A DNA stretch of 64,000 nt from an uncultured Candidatus Rokubacteria bacterium (GTDB taxonomy: Bacteria > Methylomirabilota > Methylomirabilia > Rokubacteriales > CSP1-6): contig CAVWWD010000003.1 in the NCBI GenBank assembly GCA_963758635.1, positions 480,001 through 544,000 of the forward strand, in the 5' to 3' direction. The notes under the pieces were generated by a model. It was not told the DNA's origin and did no database searches. It was given only the letters and a program-made list of their open reading frames with translations. The translations under genes were made by a program, and so were the position numbers. Positions 1 to 10,166 of this stretch are shown piece by piece. Every line of letters starts with the position of its first letter. The stretch's first letter is position 1.

Positions 1-846
1 GTGGAGGACATCGAGGTTGACCCCGTACGCGGCGAGGTAGCCGGCCTCGGCGGACTGGCGGAACTGGCCGAAGAGGGGCAGGCGGGCCTTGATTGCCTCG
101 CCGGCGATCTGCGCGCGATGGGCGCCGATCATGGCCGTCTCGCCCACCCGGAGCGCCTGCACCCCGTCGCGCTTCGAGGCTTGGAGCAGCCGCGCAAAGT
201 CCGCGGGGCCGCGCACCTCGAAGAAGCGCAGATCCAGGCCGAGGGCGCGCGCGCCCGCGGTCATGGGCTCGACGAAGCGACGGTTCTCGGGCGCGTCGGC
301 GGCTCCGAAGGCGGTGGCGTCCCAGACCGTGCCCACCCGCGTCACGTCCGCCACGGTCTCCTTGATGAGCTCGAGCTGCTTGGCGGGTAGCTCGGGGTAG
401 CTCGCGGTGAGCCCGGTGATGTTTCCGCCGGGGCGGGCCAGGGTCTCGGCGAATCCCTCGGCGACGGGGTCGGCGCCGGCGACCGCGACGATGGGGATGG
501 CCGTGGTCGCCCGCCGCGCGGCGACGCGCGCCTCGGGGCCGATGGCGTAGATCACCGCCACCTTGGCGCGCACCAGCTCGGCGGCCAGCTGGGGCAGCCG
601 CTCGCCGCGTCCCTCGTCGCGCTTCCACTCGATCACGACGGTGCGGCCGTCCTCGTGGCCGAGCGCGCGGAGCTTTTCGGTGAACGGCTGTACGGCTCCC
701 ACGGTACGAGCCATCATCAGCACGCCGACCCGCGGAGGTGGGGCGGCGTTCAGGGGGGGCGACACGGCCAGGCTCAGCAACGCCACCAGGATGGCGCCGA
801 CGAGGGCGCCACGCGAGCGCCCCACCGCCGGAAGGAACTCATTCAT
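1..846 (-). CDS. ABC transporter substrate-binding protein (PF04392-like), runs off window start, frameshifted in signal peptide
   Basis: Manual translation: KLRALGHEDGRTVVIEWK..ERLPQLAAELVRAKV..ATTAIPIV..DPVAEGFAETLARPGGNITGL..KQLELIKE. ATG 846 overlaps the antitoxin stop (ATGA). Not in ORF track. Confidence 0.85.
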   Translation of the reverse strand, partial: MNEFLPAVGRSRGALVGAILVALLSLAVSPPLNAAPPPRVGVLMMARTVGAVQPFTEKLRALGHEDGRTVVIEWKRDEGRGERLPQLAAELVRAKVAVIYAIGPEARVAARRATTAIPIVAVAGADPVAEGFAETLARPGGNITGLTASYPELPAKQLELIKETVADVTRVGTVWDATAFGAADAPENRRFVEPMTAGARALGLDLRFFEVRGPADFARLLQASKRDGVQALRVGETAMIGAHRAQIAGEAIKARLPLFGQFRQSAEAGYLAAYGVNLDVLH

Positions 847-1133
847 CGGCGCGTCTCCTCACCAGCCGGCCGTCCCGCCCCGTCGAACAGGGCGAGAGCA
901 TCGTCGTCCAGGGGCGCGTCGAAGCCTCGCTTCAAGCGAAATCGTCCCTTCCCCTTGCCAGGAACCCGCAGCGCAGTGGCCGGGTCGGCCAGGGGCACGA
1001 GACGGGCTCGAGGCTTCCCGGCCCGGGCCAGGATGATCTCCTCGCCACCGGCCGCCCGCTCGATGAGCTCGGGCAGGCGGGCCTTGGCGTCGGCCACGTT
1101 GACAACGATGCTGGTCGCTCGTCGAGACGCCAC
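843..1133 (-). CDS. Type II toxin-antitoxin Phd/YefM family antitoxin (no adjacent toxin)
   Basis: VNVADAKARLPELIERAAGGEEIILARAGKPRARLVP; GTG 1133 preceded by AAGGAGG. Confidence 0.9.
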   Translation of the reverse strand: MASRRATSIVVNVADAKARLPELIERAAGGEEIILARAGKPRARLVPLADPATALRVPGKGKGRFRLKRGFDAPLDDDALALFDGAGRPAGEETRR

Positions 1134-1146
1134 GGGTACACCTCCT

Positions 1147-1194
1147 TGACCATCCTGGTCATGCGATCGTAGCCGGGCCTGACCATGATGGCCA
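1147..1194 (-). promoter_or_regulatory. Paired palindromic operators flanking a -10 box of the antitoxin
   Basis: TGACCA-TCC-TGGTCA (1147-1161) and TGACCA-TGA-TGGCCA (1180-1194) flank minus-strand TACGAT (1166-1171). Confidence 0.65.
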
Positions 1195-1419
1195 GTCCGG
1201 GTCCCTCGCGGCACGCTGACCGCGCCGGCCCGCCGGGGCGCTTCGCCGGGATCGCCTTGACGCTCTCGCCGGGCGCGGCGCAATATCGGGCGCGTCGGGC
1301 GGCGGCGGCAGGCGAAGCGAGCCGCAGGCGAGCGGAGCGTACATGGAAATGCTGTGGACACAACCGGCGACGCAGGCCGACGCGGCGACGTGACGCCGCG
1401 GGCCGACCAGGAGACTCGC

Positions 1420-2683
1420 ATGGCCTACGACCTCGTGGTCCGCGGTGGACGCGTCATCGACCCCGCTCAGAAGATCGACGGAATCCGCGACGTGGCGATC
1501 CGCGACGGCCGCATCGCGGCGGTGGAGCCATCCATTCCGCGCGAGGCGGCGTCCGAGGTGGTGGACGCGTCCGGCCGGCTCGTGCTGCCCGGGCTGATCG
1601 ACACCCACGCCCACGTGTACCGGTACGTGACGGGGCGCTTCGGTCTCGACGCGGACATGGTGGGCGTCCACTCGGGCGTGACGACGCTCGTGGACCAGGG
1701 GGGCCGAGCTGCATGACGCTGCCCGGCTTCCGGGAGTTCGTGGTGAAGCCGGCGCGGAGCCGGATCCACGCGTTCCTGTCCACGTACCTGGTCGGCGGCC
1801 TCGAGGGCCACTTCTACCCCGCGCTCTACCGGCCGGACTGCGTGGACGTGGACGGCCAGCCGTGCGCGCGGCGCGCGCCAACCCCGACCTGGTGCGGGGC
1901 ATCAAGGCCCACGCCGAGATCGGCGGCATGTCGCGCTGGGGTCTCGACGTCCTGCGGCTGGCCGCCCGCATCGGCCGCGAGGCCGATCTGCCCGTGTACG
2001 TGCACTTCGGCCAGCTCTGGCCCCTGCCCGAGACGGGCGCGGGCGGCGTCGATCCCGACGCCGTGCTGCCGAGCGCGCTCGAGGTCCTCAGGCCGGGTGA
2101 CATTCTCGCGCATCCGTTCACGCGGCATCCCGGCGGCTTCGTCGACCGGAACGGCCGCGTGCACCCGGTGGTCCGGGAGGCCCTCGCGCGAGGTCTGCGC
2201 GTGGACGTGGGCCACGGGTCGCACTGGAGCTTCAAGATGGCCCGCATCGCGCTGGACGCGGGCATCGTGCCGCACACGCTCGGCGCCGACATGCACGGCT
2301 ACAACACCCGCGTGCCGCCGCCCTCCGGCACGCCGGAGGCGCACCCCGACGAGACGCACGCCGCGGCGGGCCAGTCGCCGTTCAGCCTCGCGTCCGCGAT
2401 GACGTCGATGATGGCGTGCGGTGTCTCGCTGGAAGACGTCGTGCCGATGGTCACGTCGAACGCGGCGGCGATGCTGGGCCTCGAGGGCGAGATCGGTACC
2501 CTTCGGCCCGGTGTGGTCGCCGACGTCTCGGTGCTGCACGACGAGCGCGGCCGGTTCCTGCTGCGCGACGGGGAGGGCACCCAGGTGATCGCCGAGCGGC
2601 AGCTCCGCCCCGCCTTCTGCCTGCGCGCCGGGAGCCGGTTCGAGGCGGACGCGCCCATCCTGCCGCGCGCGGTGGCCGCGTAG
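1420..2683 (+). CDS. Amidohydrolase/deacetylase family metallohydrolase (dihydroorotase-like); frameshifts near 1705 and 1860
   Basis: MAYDLVVRGGRVIDP..PGLIDTHAH; GIKAH; YVHFG; DVGHG; GADMHG; RBS AGGAG. Confidence 0.85.
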
Positions 2684-2709
2684 GGCGCGCTGATCCGCCT
2701 CCGCCGCCG

Positions 2710-5028
<2,319 letters not shown>

Positions 5029-5029
5029 G

Positions 5030-5147
5030 TCGTCCTCCGTTGCCGCCGTGGCTACGGGGCGGCTCCGGAAACGACGCGGCCGCCTCGAGCTTCGGGGCGG
5101 CCTGTTGGAATTGCGGTCAGGGCAGGGGCCGCCTCAGGGGAGCGGCC
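5030..5147 (-). promoter_or_regulatory. Ribosome-dependent attenuator of trpS
   Basis: Minus-strand segments GGCCGCTC (5140-5147), GAGGCGGCC (5127-5135), GGCCGCCCCGA (5092-5102), TCGAGGCGGCC (5078-5088), GCCGCCCCGTAGC (5051-5063) and GGCGGC next to the RBS allow alternative pairings. Confidence 0.8.
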
Positions 5148-5184
5148 ACCACCAGCAGGAGCGGAGCAACGTCGCGGTCGGCAT
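5134..5184 (-). CDS. Trp leader peptide MPTATLLRSCWWWPLP
   Basis: 16-codon ORF with three consecutive TGG codons about 105 nt upstream of trpS. Confidence 0.88.
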   Translation of the reverse strand: MPTATLLRSCWWWPLP

Positions 5185-5190
5185 GCGGGA

Positions 5191-5219
5191 ATGGTGTCAC
5201 GGCGCGCACGGGCCGTCAA
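5191..5219 (-). promoter_or_regulatory. sigma70-like promoter giving a leaderless leader-peptide mRNA
   Basis: TTGACG-N17-CACCAT with TG extension, 6 nt before the leader ATG. Confidence 0.65.
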
Positions 5220-5237
5220 CGCGACGCAGCATCGGGG

Positions 5238-5290
5238 GGTCAGGTCTTGATTTCGCACATGCCGACCGTGTTGCATTTCAAGATGTGACC
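5238..5290. repeat. REP-like imperfect inverted repeat
   Basis: GGTCAGGTCTTGA ... TCAAGATGTGACC (11/13 complementary); related to 23497-23534. Confidence 0.55.
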
Positions 5291-5322
5291 GCGGGTGTTG
5301 CACGCGCCGCGGCCGCGGCTCT

Positions 5323-6116
5323 CTAGGGGGCGGGCGCGGTATCGGCGAGGCCCCGGAGGATGGCCCGCTCCACCGCGCACAGCCCGGGACCGTCGCGCAG
5401 GGCGAAGGGCTGACGGTGCGCGATCTCGGGCTGCGCGATGATCCGCGGCCGCGCGCCTCGATGCGGCCAGGTGGCGCGGTGGACGAGGAAGGGGTGGCAG
5501 ACGTACACGTCGCCGGCCTGCCCGGTGGCCCGGACGCGCGGCCGCTCGAAGGTCGCCGCGCCGAGCCGCGGGGCCACGTCGCCGGAGAGCATCCCGCGCT
5601 CGCCGTGCGGCGCGAGCACGCGCGGCACGTCCAGGTGCGACCCCACGATGAGCTCGGTGGGCGCGTCGTCATCGCCGACGTTGGTGAAGAGGAACAGGGC
5701 GAGGAGCGCGCGCCGCCGGCTGTGCACGTTGACCCACCACGCGCCGTCCACGTCGTAGCTGCCGTCGATGTGCCACCCGGCGTCGCCGGGATCGCGCGCG
5801 CTGGGGAACCGGACGGGGATCGTGCCGCCCACCCCGTAACGCTCGAGCCAGCGGGCCTGGCCGCGGAGCGCGTCGTAGGCGCGCCACAGCGCGGGAGACG
5901 TGCCCGGCGGCCGCGAAGGCCGGGCCCTCCGGGCAAGGAATGCGAACGACGGGCTCGTCGCCACGTGGCCGGATCGTCGGCGTCGACGCCGTGACCGCGC
6001 AGCTCGGCCGCGATGGCCTCGACGCACGCGCGGACGACGTCTGGGGCGACGGCGCCGCGCACGATCAGGAAGCCGTCCGCGCAGAACTGCTCGACGTCCG
6101 GCGTGTCGGGTGACAT
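5323..6116 (-). CDS. Phytanoyl-CoA dioxygenase (PhyH) family protein, frameshifted
   Basis: VEQFCADGFLIVRGAV; GWHIDG; ATGQAGDVYVCHPFLVHRA. Confidence 0.8.
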
Positions 6117-6255
6117 CGGTCGAGCTTACCGCATCGCGGGGTCTCGCCTGGAGCGCCCTGCCGAGGCAACTCGCCCCCCGCCACGATACGATTGACGCCG
6201 CGGGCCGCGTGGCCGATCATTCAGGGCGGTACCCGAGGGAATCCGGAGCGCATCC

Positions 6256-6683
6256 ATGTCCGATCAGGCGCTGAACACCGTCCGCGACCGCGCGCGGGAG
6301 AACCTGTTCTGGCGCCATCTGGGCATCGAGGTGGACGACGCCCGCGAGGGGTGGGTGCGCCTGCGCGTGCCCCTGCGTGACCCGCTCCGGAACGCCGCCG
6401 GCGCGCCCGTGCACGGCGGGGTCTACAGCGCGCTGGTGGACACCGCGGTGGGGGGCGCGCTCTCGACCATGCACGATAACGCGGCGGGCGGCGTGGGGCA
6501 GACCACGCTGGACCTGAACGTGAGCTTCATCTCGGAACGAGCGACAGCGACGTGTTCGCGGAGGGGCGCATCCTGCGCCGCGGGCGGACGATCGCGTTCG
6601 GCGAGGCGACCATCACCGACTCGGCCGGACGGCTCCTCGCCGTCGGCCGGGCCACCTACATGATCCTGGCCCCGCGCAGCTGA
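6256..6683 (+). CDS. PaaI family thioesterase; frameshift near 6535
   Basis: NAAGAPVHGGVYSALVDTAVG; TLDLNVSF; second frame gives VFAEGRILRRGRTIAFGEA. Confidence 0.85.
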
Positions 6684-6717
6684 GCGGGGCAGGACGGCAG
6701 AAAAAGGAGACCGAAGC

Positions 6718-7690
6718 GTGCCAAAGATCCTCTTCTCGCCCCCCACCTCCAAGACCATCGTCGACATCGGCCGCGGGATGCTGCCCCAGGGCTACGAGTT
6801 CGAGGTCGCCGAGATGGGCACGCCCGAGTTCGCGAAGGCCATCACGGAAGCGGACTTCTACCTGGGATTCGTCCGCGGCGGCATGGACGCGGCGTTCTAC
6901 AAGTCGGCGCCCAAGCTGAAGCTCATCCAGCTCATCAGCGCCGGCTACGACCGGCTCGACGTGGCGGCGGTGCGCGCGGCGGGCGTGCCCGTGGCCAACA
7001 ACGGCGGCGCCAACTCGGTGGCGGTGGCCGAGCACACGATCATGCTGATCCTGTCCGTGCTCAAGCGGCTGGCCTGGCACCACGCCAACGTCTCGTCGGG
7101 CAAGTGGCGCGTGGGCGACTCTCGGCGAGCAGCGCTGCTACGAGGCCGAGGGCAAGACGCTCGGCATCGTGGGGCTGGGCACCATCGGCAAGAAGGTGGC
7201 GCGGCGCGCGCAGCCCTTCGACATGCACCTCCTGTACTACGACATCGCGCGCCTCACCGAGGACCAGGAGGACGCGCTCGGCGTCCGCTTCGCGCTCCTG
7301 CCCGAGCTGCTGCGTGTCTCGGACATCGTGACGCTCCACGTGCCCTTGAACGACAACACGCGCAACATGATGGGGGCCAAGGAGTTCGCGCTGATGAAGG
7401 ACAGCGCGATCCTCATCAACACGTGCCGCGGCCCGGTGGTGAACGAGGACGCCCTCTACCAGGCCCTCACCACCCAGCAGATCGCCGCCGCCGGCCTCGA
7501 CGTCATGACGGAGGAGCCGCCGAAGACCGACCACCCGCTGTTCAAGCTCGACAACGTCACCCTCACCCCCCACACGGCGGGCCCCACGCTCGAGAACTGG
7601 ACCAAGGCCTTCCGGAACGCGTTCGACAACATCCAGCGGGTGGCCCGCGGCGACAAGCCGCTGTGGGTCATCCCCGAGCTGCGCGCCTGA
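6718..7690 (+). CDS. D-isomer-specific 2-hydroxyacid dehydrogenase; frameshift near 7130
   Basis: SAGYDRLD, VAEH, GLGTIG, INTCRG, AAGLDV, TPHTAG. Confidence 0.9.
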
Positions 7691-7727
7691 GCGCCCGCGA
7701 GGGCAAACCACAAAAGGAGCCAGAGAC

Positions 7728-8230
7728 ATGGCGATCAAGGCTGGTGACAAGCTTCCCGATGGCACCCTCACCGAGTTCGTCGAGGAAGAGCGTCCGGGCT
7801 GCACCGTGGGCCCGAACGCGTTCAAGGTGTCCGACCTCGCGAAGGGCAAGAAGATCGTGATCTTCGGCGTGCCCGGGGCCTTCACCCCGACGTGCTCGGC
7901 CAAGCACGTGCCGAGCTTCACGGCCAACATCGACAAGCTCCGCGCCAAGGGCGTGGACGAGGTCTGGTGCCTGGCCGTGAACGACGCCTTCGTGATGGGG
8001 GCGTGGGGCAAGGACCGAAGGCCGGCGGCAAGGTGCGCATGATGGCCGACGGCAGCGCGAAGTTCACCAAGTCGCTCGGCCTCGAGCTCGACCTGGTCGA
8101 GCGCGGCATGGGCACGCGCTGCCAGCGCTTCTCGCTGCTCGTGGACGACGGCACGGTCAAGAGCGTCAACGTCGAGGCGCCCGGCAAGTTCGAGGTCTCG
8201 GACGCCGACACGATGCTGAAGCAGCTGTAG
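7728..8230 (+). CDS. Peroxiredoxin (Prx5 subfamily); frameshift near 8015
   Basis: VPGAFTPTCSAKHVP; VNDAFVMGAW; ADGSAKFTK. Confidence 0.92.
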
Positions 8231-8257
8231 CCCGCATCTCCGCGCTCTCGCGTCTTC

Positions 8258-8295
8258 CGGGCGCCCTCATCGCGAGGTGAGGGCGCCCGCTTCGT
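8258..8295 (+). terminator. Terminator-like hairpin after peroxiredoxin
   Basis: CGGGCGCCCTCATC-GCGA-GGTGAGGGCGCCCG (GNRA loop); weak U tract. Confidence 0.6.
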
Positions 8296-8311
8296 CCCCG
8301 CCGCCGGCTCC

Positions 8312-8340
8312 TTGCTCGCCCGCGCGCGCCACGCTATAGT
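8312..8340 (+). promoter_or_regulatory. sigma70-like promoter
   Basis: TTGCTC-N17-TATAGT in otherwise GC-rich DNA. Confidence 0.6.
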
Positions 8341-8346
8341 CCAGCT

Positions 8347-8391
8347 GTGCACCACCGCGTGCGAGATCGTCGGGCTGTGCATCGCCGCTGA
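8347..8391 (+). CDS. Candidate leaderless short ORF MHHRVRDRRAVHRR
   Basis: GTG lies 6 nt after TATAGT; rich in His and Arg. Confidence 0.3.
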   Translation: MHHRVRDRRAVHRR

Positions 8392-8646
8392 TCCCAGTAG
8401 GCCGTTCACGCCGACCCGGATCGGACCATCCGACGGGACACGCATCTGCGCGAAGGCCGCGCGGCCGGTCGTCTTCTCACGCATGCGGCGCACGCGCGCG
8501 GCGAACCTCGCCGGGATCGGGACGCCGGGCTAAAGAGCGCGCACGCTGGCCGGCTCGTCAGCGCACCTCACGCCCGGCGGCAAGCGCGGCGACCGGGCAG
8601 TTCCCTCCAGTAGGCCGCGCGCGGGACCCTGACGCCGGAGCTCCAA

Positions 8647-9022
8647 ATGATCGAACACCGTCTGGACACGACGCGCTCGATCCTCCACGTCCGACCGAAG
8701 TCCGCGCTCGCGCGGGAAGACTTCGCTGAGCTCGCCCGGGCGGTCGACCCTCACATCGAGGCGACCGGCGGCCTCGCCGGCCTCATCGTCGAGCTCGACG
8801 CGTTTCCCGGATGGGACAGCCTGGGGGCCATGGTTGCTCACTTCCGCTTCGTTCGCGACCACCACCAGCGCGTCCGGAAGGTCGCCGTGGTCACCGACGC
8901 CGCCCTGGGCGACATCGCCGAGAAGCTGGCGTCTCACTTCGTGGCGGCGAAGATCAGGCACTTCGCCGGCCGGCCACGCCGATGCCGCACGACACTGGAT
9001 CATGAGCGCGGATCCGGCATGA
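8647..9022 (+). CDS. STAS/SEC14 (SpoIIAA-like) domain protein; frameshift near 8965
   Basis: FPGWDSLGAMVAHFRFVRDHHQRVRKVAVVTD; tail ADAARHWI in the next frame. Confidence 0.8.
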
Positions 9023-9052
9023 GCGTTCCGCGGGAGACCTAGCTCGCCGTGG

Positions 9053-9881
9053 TCAGCGGAGGAGCTGGCCGGCGGCGCGGATGCGCGCCGAATCGAACGG
9101 CGGCTCCACGAGCAGGATCACCCGGTCCACGCCGAGGCGCTCCAGCGACTGGCGCGTGGAGGCGTCGGGCCTGAGGTAGGAGTCGCGGAGGCCGCCGAAC
9201 ACCGTCACGACGAGGCCGGCGGGATCGCGCCCGGAGTTGGCGCGCGCCACGCGCGCCACGCCGATCAGGTCGGCGAGCTGCGGATGGCCGGCCTGGGTGT
9301 TGATGCCGTCGGCGTGACTGCCCGCCGATCGCCGCCATGCGCGGGCCGAACCCGCCCACGATGATCGGCGGCGGCGGATCCGGCCGGAGGAAGCCACTCG
9401 GCCGCTCCAGCCGGTAGTGGTCGCCGTGGAAGCTGGACGCGTCGCCCGCCCAGAGCCGCTTCATCACCTGCGCCGCCTCGGCGACCCGCTCCGCGCGGAT
9501 CCGGTCCGGCGCCACCGGGATGCCGAGCGACTCGTGCTCCACGGCGTACGACATGCGCCGGTGCGCGCCGGCGCCGAGCCCCAGGAGCAGGCGGCCGCCG
9601 GAGACCTCCTGGAGCGTGGCCGCCATGTTCGCGAGCAGGCCGGGATGGCGCGCGCTCACGTTCAGGACCAGCGGTCCCAGCATCACGCGTGTCGTGACGG
9701 AGGCCAGCGCGGTCAGCACCGTCCACGCTTCCGGCACCCGCGACGACGCGGCGCCGTCGGGATCGCGCAGGTGATCCCACGTCCAGAGACCATCGAAGCC
9801 GGCTTCTTCCGCGGCGATCGCCGCCTCGCGCATCTGGGACCAGCGCGCGCCCATCGGCATGAAGAGCAGGTCGGTCTTCAC
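9053..9881 (-). CDS. LLM class flavin-dependent oxidoreductase; frameshift near 9320
   Basis: AEEAGFDGLWTWDH; ATLQEVSGGRLLLGLGAG; PPIIVGG; CATACT 6 nt before the GTG. Confidence 0.88.
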
Positions 9882-9952
9882 GGCGGCAGTATGGTCCAGG
9901 GCGGCGTGCCGGTAAAGGCCGAGCCGCCGCTCGCGTCCCGGCGGGACAAGCG

Positions 9953-10166
9953 TTGTGTCCGGCGCCAGGCGCGTGCTATGGTCTCCGCATGAGTCGAATT
10001 AGACCGTCAGCCATAGGCCGGGGAGAGTCCGTGAGCTGACGGTCGTTTGCATCTCTGTTCCATCACACGCGGCCGTCAGGGTTCCCTGGCGGCCGTCGTG
10101 CTTTTCGCTCTCGCGCACGTGGACCGCCGCCGGGAACCCTGACACCGCAGACACGGGGAGCCGGAC
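9953..10166 (+). promoter_or_regulatory. Promoter and ribosome-dependent attenuator of ileS
   Basis: Extended -10 TGcTATGGT (9974-9982); segments GACCGTCAGC (10002-10011), GCTGACGGTC (10035-10044), GGCCGTCAGGG (10071-10081), CCCTGGCGGCC (10084-10094) then GCTTTT, and GCCGCCGGGAACCCTGAC (10126-10143). Confidence 0.75.
9989..10039 (+). CDS. Ile leader peptide MSRIRPSAIGRGESVS
   Basis: ATG 6 nt after TATGGT; Ile codons are ATT and ATA, rare in this window; overlaps attenuator segments 1 and 2. Confidence 0.7.
   Translation: MSRIRPSAIGRGESVS

Noticed and set aside
9960..10166. T-box riboswitch upstream of ileS or trpS
   Set aside because: No AAGGTGG(A/T)ACC-type T-box motif seen; leader ORFs and alternative hairpins explain both regions.
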